From Alphaproteobacteria bacterium (lineage in GTDB: Bacteria; Pseudomonadota; Alphaproteobacteria; RF32; CAG-239), in the NCBI GenBank assembly GCA_017546315.1, contig JAFYXH010000007.1, positions 14,508 through 78,507 on the forward strand: a stretch of DNA of 64,000 nucleotides. Direction: 5' to 3'. Position 1 is the stretch's first letter, and every line of letters begins with the position of its first letter. The notes beneath the pieces were generated by a model. That model was not told where the DNA came from, made no database searches, and saw only the letters and a program-made list of their open reading frames with translations. Positions 8,576 to 20,007 of the stretch are shown here, in pieces. The position numbers and the translations under genes are program-made.

Positions 8576-10252
8576 TTAGAATAAGCCTGTGATATTGCCG
8601 TTATCGTCAATATCAATATTCTCTGCGGCAGGTACTTTGGGTAGTCCTGGCATTGTATTGATGTTGCCAGATAGGGCTACAATGAAGCCTGCTCCTGCGG
8701 ATAATCTTATCTCGGTTATTGGAAATGTGTAATCAGTTGGTGCGTTAAGCAATTTCGGATCATGCGAGATAGAATTTTGAGTTTTAGCAATGCAAACTGG
8801 AAGTTTTCCATATCCCCAAGAGGTAAATTTTTCTAAATCATCTAGAGCATTTGCTGTAAATGATACATCTTTGGCGCGGTAAATTTCTTTTGCTATGGTT
8901 TCTATCTTTTCTTTTAGTGGAGCAGGGCTTGGATAGAGCATGTGTTGATGTGATGTGTAATTTGAGTTGTTTTGTACTTGCTCTATAATTGTGTTGGCTA
9001 ATTCGATACAGCCTTTTCCACCTTGTTCCCAGCCTTTGGTTATTATGGCTGTTGTTTCTTCGTTTTTACAAAGTGTTTTAAGTAATTCTAGCTCATCTTG
9101 GGTATCTGTTATGAAATTATTGATTGCAATAATTGGGGTGAGGCCGAATTTTTTGATGTTTTCTATATGTGTTTTGAGATTTGAAAAACCTTTTTTGATG
9201 GCATCAAGATTTTCTTGGTGAAGGTCTTGTTTTTCTATTCCGCCGTGCATTTTTAATGCTCTTATGGTTGCAACTAAAACTACGGCTTTGGGGAATATGT
9301 TAGTTTTGCGTCCAAATATATTGAAGAACTTTTCTGCGCCTAAATCAGCACCAAAACCAGCTTCGGTTATAACATAGTTTGCAAGTTTGAGTGCTGTTTT
9401 GGTGGCAATAGCTGAGCTTGTGCCGTGTGCTATGTTGGCAAAAGGGCCACCGTGTATTAAGGCCGGGGTGTGTTCTAACGTTTGAACTAGGTTTGGGAGA
9501 AGAGCGTTTTTTAAGATGGCGGCCATTGCTCCTGTTGCATTAAGATCTTTGGTAAATATTGGTTCATTTTTTGAGTTTTCGCCAATAACTATTTGATTTA
9601 AATTTTCTTTTAATGATTTTAAGTCTTCGCTTAAACATAGGATAGCCATGATTTCTGATGCTACTGATATGTTGAAGCCATCTTTTCTTGGTGTACCATT
9701 TATTGGAGAACCTAAACAAATTTCTATTTCTCTTAATGCTCTATCATTTAGATCTATACAGCGTTTGAAAAATACTTTTTGAATATCTAGAAGATTTCCT
9801 TGTTTGATGTGATTATCTATGAGGGCTGATAGTAAATTATTGGCAGATGTTATGGCGTGAATATCACCGGTAAAGTTTAAGTTTATGTCTTCCATCGGAA
9901 TAACTTGTGAATATCCACCACCGGTTGCGCCTCCTTTTACTCCAAAGCAAGGGCCTAAAGATGGTTCTCTTAGAGATAAGCATACGCTTTTTCCTAATTG
10001 ATTAAAAGCATCTGCAAGTCCTATTGATACAGTTGACTTTCCTTCTCCGGCTGAGGTAGGGGTTAGGGCTGTAATTAGAATTAGATTTCCTTTAGGAGAA
10101 GAATCTTTTAATTCTTGTAGAGTTTTTCTTGAAATTTTAGCCTTATAATGTCCGTAGGGTTCTATATCTTCAGATGTTAGATTAAGTTTTTGGGCTATTT
10201 GATTGATTTTAAACGGAGTTGCCTTGTTTGAAATTTCTATATCTGTTAGCAT
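8576..10252 (-). CDS. fhs: formate--tetrahydrofolate ligase
   Basis: 558 aa; ATP-binding stretch TPTSAGEGKST and overall length typical of FTHFS; RBS aagga before the ATG. Confidence 0.85.
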   Translation of the reverse strand: MLTDIEISNKATPFKINQIAQKLNLTSEDIEPYGHYKAKISRKTLQELKDSSPKGNLILITALTPTSAGEGKSTVSIGLADAFNQLGKSVCLSLREPSLGPCFGVKGGATGGGYSQVIPMEDINLNFTGDIHAITSANNLLSALIDNHIKQGNLLDIQKVFFKRCIDLNDRALREIEICLGSPINGTPRKDGFNISVASEIMAILCLSEDLKSLKENLNQIVIGENSKNEPIFTKDLNATGAMAAILKNALLPNLVQTLEHTPALIHGGPFANIAHGTSSAIATKTALKLANYVITEAGFGADLGAEKFFNIFGRKTNIFPKAVVLVATIRALKMHGGIEKQDLHQENLDAIKKGFSNLKTHIENIKKFGLTPIIAINNFITDTQDELELLKTLCKNEETTAIITKGWEQGGKGCIELANTIIEQVQNNSNYTSHQHMLYPSPAPLKEKIETIAKEIYRAKDVSFTANALDDLEKFTSWGYGKLPVCIAKTQNSISHDPKLLNAPTDYTFPITEIRLSAGAGFIVALSGNINTMPGLPKVPAAENIDIDDNGNITGLF

Positions 10253-10264
10253 TAAATTATCCTT

Positions 10265-10648
10265 TTAGTTGTTTTGGTAGTTCTTTAAGGCTTGTTCGAA
10301 TTGTTGTTCTGAGGCTTTTGTCCATCCCATTACATAGTTATCTTTCATGCAAAAGAGAGGGAGGCGAAGCTCTTTATTGGTGATGTTAAACTTTTTTACG
10401 CATTGTTTATATAAGTCAAGATTGTGTGTTTCTTTCATATCTGTTATTGGGAGGTTTAAGTCTTGATGATATGTTTGTATGTATATAAAAGCATCTTTGC
10501 AAGATGTGCACATTGAGTGAGCAAAAAAGTATATTTTATCGTGAATTAAATTTTCTTCTGGTGCGGAGGCAACTATGCTATTTTCTGCAGAAGCTGGTGA
10601 TATAAGAATTAGTAATGATAATGATATTGATGAAATAAGTTTTAGCAT
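10265..10648 (-). CDS. small secreted protein with a CxxC motif (thioredoxin-like?)
   Basis: Signal peptide MLKLISSISLSLLILISPASA; CTSC motif; 12 bp upstream of fhs on the same strand. Confidence 0.5.
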   Translation of the reverse strand: MLKLISSISLSLLILISPASAENSIVASAPEENLIHDKIYFFAHSMCTSCKDAFIYIQTYHQDLNLPITDMKETHNLDLYKQCVKKFNITNKELRLPLFCMKDNYVMGWTKASEQQFEQALKNYQNN

Positions 10649-10890
10649 GTTTAGCTCCTTTGAAATATCTATGACTTGTTGATGATGTTATTAGATATTG
10701 TGTTTTTTGCAAGTGTGAAGCTATTGTTTTCCACCTTGTTGTGTGAAGTGATTTTTATTTTTAAAGTAGTAGATGAAAAATGTGAAATTAAAATAAAATG
10801 ATTCTTTTTCAATATGATATTTTAAAGAATGAAAAAAGTTTTTTTTGTTAAGAGAATAATAACTAAATTGGAAGTATTGTTCTTTCATAG

Positions 10891-12018
<1,128 letters not shown>

Positions 12019-13173
12019 ATGATAAAAATAAACGGAAGACCAGGACTTAAGAAAAATAAAAAAATATCTGGAAAACCCGATAGAGCTAATTTGGGATTGC
12101 CTAGTGTTTTGAATGGGCAACCTAATTATGTGGCAATTGATTTGGGCACCAACTCGTGTCGTTTGGTGGTTGCTACTCCTACTACTACATCTTTTAGAGT
12201 TGTTGAGACATATTCTAAAGTTGTAAGATTGGGTGAGGGAATTATTCAGGATAATGAATTGTCTATGAAGGCAATGAGAAGAACTCTTCAGGCTTTGAAG
12301 GTATGCAGAGGCGTTATTGATGAGTATATGCCTATTGTTAGTTCTCGTTTTGTTGCAACAGCTGCTTGTAGAAGAGCTAAAAATGTTTCTTCTTTTGTTG
12401 AGATGGTTAAAAAAGAAGCTGGTATTGAATTAGAAGTTATTTCATCTAAGGAAGAAGCTAGGCTTTCTGTGGTTGGGTGTTTACCTTTGCTTAATAGAAA
12501 TATCAAAAGAGTTTTGGTTTTTGATATTGGTGGAGGGTCAACTCAAATTTCTTTGGCTAGAGTTACTGATTTTGGTAAGACTTTTATTGAAGGATTTGTG
12601 TCTCTTCCTTATGGTGTGGTTACTATTTCTGAGGCTTTTGCAGGGCATGAAATGAGTAAGTTAGAGTATTCTACTGTATTAGAGCGAACTCAAAGTATTT
12701 TGCAAGAATTTGAAGATAAACATCAAATTATGGATGCTATACTTAATCAGGAAATTCAAGTGATTGGAACATCTGGAACGGTTACTGTTATTGGAGCGGT
12801 TCATCTTAAGCTTCCCCGTTATAATCGCTCGGCTGTTGATGGTATTGCTATTTCTCAGCCTGATATTAGTCATACAATAAATAAAATTAAGACTATGGGA
12901 GCTGAAGGAAGATGTAAACATCCTTGTATTGGACAGAGTAAATCTGATCTGACAATTGCTGGATGTGCTATTATTGAAGCGTTGACTACATTTTGGCCAA
13001 TTTCTGAGATTACTGTGGCTGATCGTGGTATTAGAGAGGGTATTTTGCTTGATTTGATGCACTCTAAGAGATTTAATCAAAGTAATAAGAATCATTACAA
13101 GAAAAAAAGGGGACGTTTTCCTTTTGAAAGAAGAGGAGGGGATAATGGAAGAGCTAGCAAGAAAAATAAGTAG
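12019..13173 (+). CDS. ppx: Ppx/GppA-family phosphatase (exopolyphosphatase/pppGpp phosphohydrolase), paralogue 1
   Basis: N-terminal VAIDLGTNSCRLVVA actin-like ATPase motif; start abuts the ccrM stop. Confidence 0.75.
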   Translation: MIKINGRPGLKKNKKISGKPDRANLGLPSVLNGQPNYVAIDLGTNSCRLVVATPTTTSFRVVETYSKVVRLGEGIIQDNELSMKAMRRTLQALKVCRGVIDEYMPIVSSRFVATAACRRAKNVSSFVEMVKKEAGIELEVISSKEEARLSVVGCLPLLNRNIKRVLVFDIGGGSTQISLARVTDFGKTFIEGFVSLPYGVVTISEAFAGHEMSKLEYSTVLERTQSILQEFEDKHQIMDAILNQEIQVIGTSGTVTVIGAVHLKLPRYNRSAVDGIAISQPDISHTINKIKTMGAEGRCKHPCIGQSKSDLTIAGCAIIEALTTFWPISEITVADRGIREGILLDLMHSKRFNQSNKNHYKKKRGRFPFERRGGDNGRASKKNK

Positions 13174-14095
13174 TGATGAGTGTGTGGCTGCTTTAGATTT
13201 GGGGACGAATTCTAGTAGATTATTGATTGCTGCTTGTGATGGTACTCCTGTTTATCGTGATGTTAGGCATGTTGCATTAGGTGAAGGATTAGCTGAAAAT
13301 AAATGTTTTAGCGACAAGGCAATGGAAAGGGCTATTTGCTCTTATATGGATTTTAGCGAAATGATGGAAGTTTATGGAGTTAAAAAATATAGAGCCATTG
13401 CAACTGCTGCTTGTAGAATGAGTAATAATACAAAAAGTTTTTTAGAGGAAATTAAAAAGGTTTCTAATATTGATGTTGATGTTATTAGTGAATATGAAGA
13501 AGCGCGTTTAACATTGAAAGGTGCTATGCTTAATGCGCCAAAAGATAAGAAATATATTTTTGTATATGATTTAGGTGGAGGTTCAACGGAAGTTTCTTTG
13601 GCTACTAATGAAGAAGAGCCAAAAATTATTGCAACAGTTTCTATTCCGCTTGGTGCAAGAAACGCGACAGAAATGTATGGTTTGAGAAATTATTTTCATA
13701 AAAGAGCATGTAGATTACGTGCTGATGTTGGTAGATATATGGATGATTTTTTAAGTAAAATCAAAGATATTGATTATAAAGATAATGTTGCTTTGGTTGC
13801 TACATCATCAACACCATTAAGATTGGCGGCTGCTTTTAGTAAACTTCCTAAGTATGACAAATTTGCGGCTGATGGTATGGAAGTAAAGATTAAAGATTTG
13901 GATGAATTGATTGCTAGTATGATAAAATTCAACTATAAGCAGAGGGTTAGTTCTGTGTATATTGGTCCTAATAGAGCTCCTATTTTTGTGGCTGCTCTTG
14001 TGATTTTTAAGGCTATATATGATAAATTAGAAGTTGAAAGCATGGTGGCATCTCTTAAGGCTGCTCAAGAGGCAATTATATTTGAGTTATTATAA
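13145..14095 (+). CDS. Ppx/GppA-family phosphatase, paralogue 2
   Basis: VAALDLGTNSSRLLIA motif; strong RBS gaggagggg before the ATG at 13145 (the ORF-track start at 13124 is TTG); overlaps the 3' end of paralogue 1 by about 29 bp. Confidence 0.7.
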   Translation: MEELARKISSDECVAALDLGTNSSRLLIAACDGTPVYRDVRHVALGEGLAENKCFSDKAMERAICSYMDFSEMMEVYGVKKYRAIATAACRMSNNTKSFLEEIKKVSNIDVDVISEYEEARLTLKGAMLNAPKDKKYIFVYDLGGGSTEVSLATNEEEPKIIATVSIPLGARNATEMYGLRNYFHKRACRLRADVGRYMDDFLSKIKDIDYKDNVALVATSSTPLRLAAAFSKLPKYDKFAADGMEVKIKDLDELIASMIKFNYKQRVSSVYIGPNRAPIFVAALVIFKAIYDKLEVESMVASLKAAQEAIIFELL

Positions 14096-14106
14096 AGAGG
14101 ATTAAA

Positions 14107-14805
14107 ATGGCAAAGTTAACTAAATCTGCAAAAGAAGTTCGTGGACGTAAAATGTTGGCTGTTAAGCTTAAGGATGGAAGATATCATTCTTCTTCTTCTA
14201 ATAGATGGCTTGAAAGACAGTTAAATGATCCGTATGTGCAAGAAGCAAAAAGATTAGGTTATCGCTCTAGAGCGGCGTTTAAGCTTATTCAATTGGATGA
14301 AAAATATAATTTTTTGAGCAAAAATAAAGTTATTGTGGATTTGGGGTGTGCTCCAGGTGGTTGGTCTCAGGTTGCAAGTCTTAAACTTAAAGGAACTGGT
14401 AAACTTGTTGGACTTGATATTTTGCCTACTGAACCTTTGGAGGGTGCAACTTTTGTTTGTCAAGATTTTACAGAAGAGGGGGCTACAGAAAAGCTTTTAG
14501 AACTTTTGGGTGGTGATAGAGCTAATGTCGTTATGAGTGATATGGCTGCTAATACAATAGGTCATCAGCAAACAGATCATTTAAGAACAATAGGGCTTGT
14601 TGAAGCGGCGTATGAGTTTGCTAAAACAGTTTTGGCTGAAGGTGGTATATTTATTGCAAAAGTTTTCCAAGGTGGCGCTGAGGGAGGATTGCTTTCTGAT
14701 ATGAAAAAGAATTTTAAGAAAGTTAGTCATTATAAACCAGATGCTAGTCGTGAAAAATCTCCTGAATGTTATGTGGTTGCGGTTGGTTTTAAGGGTGAAA
14801 ACTAA
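14107..14805 (+). CDS. rlmE: 23S rRNA (U2552) 2'-O-methyltransferase RlmE/FtsJ
   Basis: SAM-binding VVDLGCAPGGWSQV; RSRAAFKL motif; ppx-rlmE synteny as in many alphaproteobacteria. Confidence 0.85.
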   Translation: MAKLTKSAKEVRGRKMLAVKLKDGRYHSSSSNRWLERQLNDPYVQEAKRLGYRSRAAFKLIQLDEKYNFLSKNKVIVDLGCAPGGWSQVASLKLKGTGKLVGLDILPTEPLEGATFVCQDFTEEGATEKLLELLGGDRANVVMSDMAANTIGHQQTDHLRTIGLVEAAYEFAKTVLAEGGIFIAKVFQGGAEGGLLSDMKKNFKKVSHYKPDASREKSPECYVVAVGFKGEN

Positions 14806-14828
14806 GAAGTGATATTTGTTTAGTTTGG

Positions 14829-14859
14829 GCTACATCTTAAATGATGTAGTCTTTTTTTT
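14829..14859 (+). terminator. intrinsic terminator of the ppx-rlmE operon
   Basis: Hairpin gctacatc/gatgtagt followed by a T8 run. Confidence 0.65.
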
Positions 14860-14885
14860 ATGTTTATGTGGAGTTTTTTTTTTAT

Positions 14886-14916
14886 ATTAAAAAGGCACTT
14901 TAATTTAAGTGCCTTT
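14886..14916 (-). terminator. intrinsic terminator of glyRS (faces the rlmE terminator)
   Basis: Hairpin aaaggcactt/aagtgccttt with a T-run on the minus strand. Confidence 0.6.
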
Positions 14917-14951
14917 GTTCTTGAATTTAAAAGAAAATATTGCTTGTTTTT

Positions 14952-16316
14952 TTAAGCGAAATAATCTCTTAAGTATGCAGGTAATTCGCTTGTTGGGATG
15001 CGAATTTGTTCCATTGTATCACGATCACGCAAGGTTATGGTTTCTGGTGCTTGTTCGATTGTTTCGAAATCTACGGTTAAGCACAAAGGTGTACCAATTT
15101 CATCATGACGGCGATAAGCTTTACCAATATTTCCTGTGTTTTCTAGAGCAACACGTCCAATACCTAATTTCATAAGGTTTTTCTTCAACTCATGACATTT
15201 TGCCATAATTGCTTCGTTGTTTTTCTTTAGTGGAACGATTGCAATTTTGATTGGAGCAAGATGTTTTTTGAGTTTCATAACGATACGTTCTGTTCCATTT
15301 TCTAATTTTTCTTCAGTATAGCCTTCAGTTAATACTGCAAGAACAGCTCTATCTACACCCATTGAAGGTTCTATCACGTATGGGATTACCCAGGAGTTTG
15401 TTTCATCATCTCTGATACACATTTTGGTGTTTGATTCGTGGTTTTCATGGCAGTGAGCTTCTAGTTTGAACTCTTCTTGAGCTTTTGTGTGGTTTCCTAA
15501 GTCGTAATCACGACGATTTGCGATACCTTCGAGCTCTTCTATTCCATGTGGGAATGCGTATTCTATATCTGAGCAAGCTTTTGCGTAGTGTGCTAGTTCG
15601 TCTTGCTTTTGATCATATACTCTAAATCTGTCACGAGGAAGACCTTGTTCAACCCACCAGTTGATGCGAGCTTGTTTCCAATGTTCGTGCCAAGCTTCAT
15701 CTTCTCCTGGTTTTACGAAGAATTCTAATTCTGCTTGCTCAAACTCTCTTACTCTAAATATGAAGTTTTTAGGAGTAATTTCATTTCTAAATGTTTTACC
15801 AATTTGGGCAATACCGAAAGGTAGTTTTCTTGAAGTTGAATCAACAACATTTTTGAATTGTGTGAAAATAGCTTGTGCTGTTTCTGGTCTTAAGTATGCA
15901 ATATTGTTTTCATCAACAACAGGACCAACAGTTGTTTTGAACATTAGATTGAAAGGGCGAGGTTCTGTTAAATCTTTTGAACCGCAGTTTGGGCATTTTC
16001 CATCTGCTAAATGGTCTGCTCTGAAGCGACCTTTGCATTCTTTACAATCTACCATTGGGTCTGAGAATGTGTCTTCGTGGCCTGAGTAGTGCAATACTTT
16101 TCTATTTGTGAGAATGGCTGCATCTAAGCCTTCAACATCATCACGCTCATATACCATTGAACGCCACCATGCTTGTTTGATGTTGTTTTTTAATTCAACA
16201 CCTAATGGACCATAGTCGTATAACCCTTGTAAACCTCCGTATATGTCAGAGTTTTGAAAAATAAATCCTCTACGTTTACATAAAGAAACAAGTTGTTCCA
16301 TTTGAGTTGCTGGCAT
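14952..16316 (-). CDS. glyQS: glycyl-tRNA synthetase, class II alpha2 (dimeric GlyQS type)
   Basis: 454 aa single chain; N-terminus [22 protein letters not shown] and zinc-knuckle-like [13 protein letters not shown]... are typical of the eukaryote/archaea/Gram-positive-like dimeric GlyRS, not the alpha2beta2 GlyQ/GlyS. Confidence 0.8.
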   Translation of the reverse strand: MPATQMEQLVSLCKRRGFIFQNSDIYGGLQGLYDYGPLGVELKNNIKQAWWRSMVYERDDVEGLDAAILTNRKVLHYSGHEDTFSDPMVDCKECKGRFRADHLADGKCPNCGSKDLTEPRPFNLMFKTTVGPVVDENNIAYLRPETAQAIFTQFKNVVDSTSRKLPFGIAQIGKTFRNEITPKNFIFRVREFEQAELEFFVKPGEDEAWHEHWKQARINWWVEQGLPRDRFRVYDQKQDELAHYAKACSDIEYAFPHGIEELEGIANRRDYDLGNHTKAQEEFKLEAHCHENHESNTKMCIRDDETNSWVIPYVIEPSMGVDRAVLAVLTEGYTEEKLENGTERIVMKLKKHLAPIKIAIVPLKKNNEAIMAKCHELKKNLMKLGIGRVALENTGNIGKAYRRHDEIGTPLCLTVDFETIEQAPETITLRDRDTMEQIRIPTSELPAYLRDYFA

Positions 16317-16395
16317 TTTTTTACCCCTTTTAAAATTGAAATTATAAACTATCGGGGATTTTATATAAATTAAATTTAAATTGCAAGAGTAAAAG

Positions 16396-16420
16396 AAAAA
16401 GCCGGATTAAACCGGCTTTG
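16396..16420 (-). terminator. intrinsic terminator of lon
   Basis: Hairpin aaagccgg/ccggcttt followed by TTTTTCTTTT on the minus strand. Confidence 0.65.
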
Positions 16421-16422
16421 TT

Positions 16423-18855
16423 TTAGTTGATTTTATCTAATGGTTTTACTTTGTGCTCTAATGCAATGTCTATTACTTCACTTGCTTTTTCTACCATTAT
16501 GATGTTTAGACCATCTTTAACGTTTTGAGGAAGTTCTTTTAGGTCTTTCTCGTTTTCTTTGGGGATAATAACTGTTTTTATACCACCACGTAATGCGGAT
16601 AATAATTTTTCTTTTAAGCCACCAATGGGGAGTACTCTTCCTTGGAGGGTGATTTCTCCGGTCATTGCAACATCATTTTTTACAGGTATTTTGGTAAATA
16701 CTGAAACTAGTGTTGTAAACATTGTGATACCAGCGGATGGTCCGTCTTTTGGAGTTGCACCTTCTGGTACGTGAACGTGAATGTCTGTTTTTTCAAAAAC
16801 ATCAGGATTTATTCCGAGTGCTTGAGCATGTGAACGAACAACTGAATATGCAGTGTCAATTGATTCTTTCATCACGTCGCCTAATTTTCCGGTTTGTTTG
16901 ATTAAACCTTTCCCAGGCATGTCTACGGCTTCTATGAATAAGATATCTCCACCAACTTCTGTCCATGCAAGACCGGTTGTAAGACCAATGTGATTTTTCT
17001 CTTCTTTTATACCATAGTGGTATTTGTGAATTCCTAGATAATCTTCTAGTTCTTTTGGAGTTATAACAATGTGTGGGTCTTTTTGATTGTTGATTAGGAT
17101 GTTAGTTGTTGATTTGCGGGCGATTGTGCCTAATTCTCTTTCTAAGTTTCTAACGCCTGATTCTGATGTGTAATATCTAATTACATCACGAATTGCTTCA
17201 TCTGTGATGAAGAGTTCTTCTGGGGTTATTCCGTTTTCGTGGAACACCTTGGGAATTAGGTGACGTTTAGATATTTCTAATTTTTCATCTTCTGTATATC
17301 CGTCGATACGAATAATTTCCATTCTATCTAAAAGTGGACGTGGCATATTTAAGGAGTTAGCTGTGGTTACAAACATCACTTTTGATAAGTCGTAATCTAC
17401 TTCTAGGTAGTGGTCATTAAAGGTTGAATTTTGTTCAGGATCGAGAACTTCTAAAAGGGCTGAACTTGGATCTCCTCTCCAGTCTGAACCTAATTTATCT
17501 ATTTCATCAAGCAAAAATAATGGGTTTGAAGTGCCTGACTTCTTGATGTTTTGAAGTATTTTACCGGGCATTGCGCCAATGTAGGTGCGACGATGTCCTC
17601 TTATTTCTGATTCATCACGCATACCGCCAAGTGATGCTCTTACAAATTTACGGCCTGTGGCACGAGCAATTGAACGTCCGAGTGATGTTTTTCCAACACC
17701 AGGAGCTCCTACTAAACAAAGAATAGGGGATTTTTGATTTTTTGAACGAGCAAGAACAGCAAGGTGTTCAATAATGCGTTCTTTTACTTTTTTTAGGCCA
17801 AAATGATCTTCATCTAGTACTTTAATAGCTTTGTTTATGTCGTTGGTTAATGGTGAATATTTTTTCCAAGGGAGGTCTACAAGCCAGTCTAGGTAGTTTC
17901 TGATTATGGTACTTTCTGCATTCATAGAACCAGAAGAGCGAAGTTTGCGAAGTTCTTGCATTGCCTTGGTGCGGGCTTCTTTTGATAATTTTGCTTGTTT
18001 GATTTTTTTGGTGTATATAGTTATTTCATCTTCATCAGCTCCTCCTGAACTTTGAGTTAGTTCTTTTTGGATGGCACGCATTTGCTCATTGAGATAGTAT
18101 TCTCTTTGGTTTTTTTCCATTTGTTCTTTTACACGTTTTTTGATTTTTTTCTCAAGTTCTTCTTTGGTACGTGTTTCACCAATATATGTTAGAAGATTTT
18201 CTAGGAGTTGAATATAAGAATTAGCTTCAAGGAGTTTTTGTTTGTCTTTTGTGGGGATTTCTAGATTGCCAATAACTGCTGCTATGAAATCTTCTACATT
18301 TGAAGGATTGTAAATTGATGATAGAGTTTGTGGATTTAGGTTATTAAAATCTATGGTTTGATTTTTTAGTTCTTCACTAATTAAAGACATTAAAGCATCT
18401 ATGTGATTTTGTTCGTCTTTTGAAATCTCGGAATTAAATTCTTGAGCAGTAATGAAAGCTGTATAGTATTTACCAAAGGTGTTTAGCTTGGTAAGTTTTA
18501 TACGTTGGATACCTTCTACAGCTAAGTTTAAGGTGCCATCGGGCATCATTATATAGCGTTTTATACGAGCTAGAGTTCCTATTTGATATAGGTCTTTTAA
18601 TTCTGGATTTTCAGTTTTTGCATCTATTTGAGTTAATAATACAATAGGTGTGTTATATTGGTAAGAAGCTTGAGCGGCTTCTAGAGATGTTTTACGACCA
18701 ACAAATAGTGATGCGGTGTTTTTAGGAAATATTACTAAATCACGTAGTGATAGTACTGGGTATTCTACATTTTCTAAAATAATAGTGTCATCTATTGAAT
18801 TTAGAGGAGTATTTAACTCTTGGGTGTCATCTTTAGTATTATCAGTGCTACTCAT
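16423..18855 (-). CDS. lon: ATP-dependent Lon protease
   Basis: 810 aa; Walker A GAPGVGKTS; Lon N-domain, AAA+ module and C-terminal Ser-protease region (PKDGPSAG). Confidence 0.9.
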   Translation of the reverse strand: MSSTDNTKDDTQELNTPLNSIDDTIILENVEYPVLSLRDLVIFPKNTASLFVGRKTSLEAAQASYQYNTPIVLLTQIDAKTENPELKDLYQIGTLARIKRYIMMPDGTLNLAVEGIQRIKLTKLNTFGKYYTAFITAQEFNSEISKDEQNHIDALMSLISEELKNQTIDFNNLNPQTLSSIYNPSNVEDFIAAVIGNLEIPTKDKQKLLEANSYIQLLENLLTYIGETRTKEELEKKIKKRVKEQMEKNQREYYLNEQMRAIQKELTQSSGGADEDEITIYTKKIKQAKLSKEARTKAMQELRKLRSSGSMNAESTIIRNYLDWLVDLPWKKYSPLTNDINKAIKVLDEDHFGLKKVKERIIEHLAVLARSKNQKSPILCLVGAPGVGKTSLGRSIARATGRKFVRASLGGMRDESEIRGHRRTYIGAMPGKILQNIKKSGTSNPLFLLDEIDKLGSDWRGDPSSALLEVLDPEQNSTFNDHYLEVDYDLSKVMFVTTANSLNMPRPLLDRMEIIRIDGYTEDEKLEISKRHLIPKVFHENGITPEELFITDEAIRDVIRYYTSESGVRNLERELGTIARKSTTNILINNQKDPHIVITPKELEDYLGIHKYHYGIKEEKNHIGLTTGLAWTEVGGDILFIEAVDMPGKGLIKQTGKLGDVMKESIDTAYSVVRSHAQALGINPDVFEKTDIHVHVPEGATPKDGPSAGITMFTTLVSVFTKIPVKNDVAMTGEITLQGRVLPIGGLKEKLLSALRGGIKTVIIPKENEKDLKELPQNVKDGLNIIMVEKASEVIDIALEHKVKPLDKIN

Positions 18856-19022
18856 TGCAATATCCTTATATAAAAATGCTTAAATTTAATAACCAAAATT
18901 TATCGGTATTGTATTATATAGTGTGTGTTTTGCTATCTATCAATACTTGTAGGTGTGTATTTTGGATAAAACGTTTTAACTTTACAATAAACAAGTTAAT
19001 TCATCCACAAAAAAGCTTATTT

Positions 19023-19331
19023 TTAAGGAAGGTTATTGTCTTTGGGAGTGATAAAAAGATTTATGAGTGGCTTTTTATATAGCCAGAGCATTATTAAGCC
19101 TAAGATGATTGATATTGAGCCAAATACATAGAGTATGTAATACCAGTTTAGTTCTCCAACTTTCATCAATGTGTCTGTAGCGTATAGCTTTATATAAAAT
19201 ATTGAAATAGATGTGATGATGAAAGATAAAATATAGGCTATGGTCCAGATGCGTTTTAGAATATTTTTAGGGAGCATAAAGGCTGTTAAAATATAAACAA
19301 ATATTAAGGTTATAAATAAGTATGTTTCCAT
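19023..19331 (-). CDS. small integral membrane protein (3 predicted TM helices)
   Basis: 102 aa, three hydrophobic segments. Confidence 0.45.
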   Translation of the reverse strand: METYLFITLIFVYILTAFMLPKNILKRIWTIAYILSFIITSISIFYIKLYATDTLMKVGELNWYYILYVFGSISIILGLIMLWLYKKPLINLFITPKDNNLP

Positions 19332-19438
19332 GGATATCTCCTTTGTGGGTTATTGGTTTGATATATGTTTGATTGATAAGATTCCAAGAGTAAATATAAA
19401 AAAAAAGTGCCATAATTGGCACCTTTTTAGCTTTTTAC

Positions 19439-19912
19439 TTAGATATATTCACACTCTGTTTCTCGGTAATAAAGCTTAGATATTTCTGCTGGCTCTACTG
19501 ATGCGGGAGTGAATACAATGGCTGCATCTTCATAATACACTTCTTTGTTTTTTGAAGGGTATCTTAAGTGCTTTACTTCAATCGATGCTGTTAAGTCTTT
19601 TGATATATCTGAAGTTGTTTGAGGGATTATTTCAAACTCTTCTTTGATGTTAAAGTTTGCAGCATGGATTGGTTTTTTGTACTCAGGGTAGAAGATGAAA
19701 CGGTTTTGCCCATTTTCTCCATAAGTGATTGCTTGATAATTTTGAAGTAACCATATCCAATGGATGTTGTAATTAGGTGAGGGCGGAGATTTAGCTTCCC
19801 CTACAACAATGATTGGAAAGTTGGTTGCATTCTTAATTGTTGGAAGCGAATTCACAAACATATCCATCATTTTGCGACGGATATCTTCTTTTGTCTGCAG
19901 AAGTTTCTTCAT
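19439..19912 (-). CDS. hypothetical protein (157 aa)
   Basis: Clean ORF with flanking intergenic regions; no recognisable motif. Confidence 0.45.
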   Translation of the reverse strand: MKKLLQTKEDIRRKMMDMFVNSLPTIKNATNFPIIVVGEAKSPPSPNYNIHWIWLLQNYQAITYGENGQNRFIFYPEYKKPIHAANFNIKEEFEIIPQTTSDISKDLTASIEVKHLRYPSKNKEVYYEDAAIVFTPASVEPAEISKLYYRETECEYI

Positions 19913-20007
19913 AGTTATATTTTTTTAGTTAAATAATGCACTTAATTGTATTTTTGTTATTTTTTTATTTAGCATAAAATAACTTTTTTGTCAATAAAGG
20001 ATTCAAT

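Noticed and set aside
18855-19082. 75-aa ORF overlapping the lon promoter region
   Set aside because: No RBS; it lies in the AT-rich upstream region of lon and partially overlaps the minus-strand membrane-protein gene. Likely spurious.
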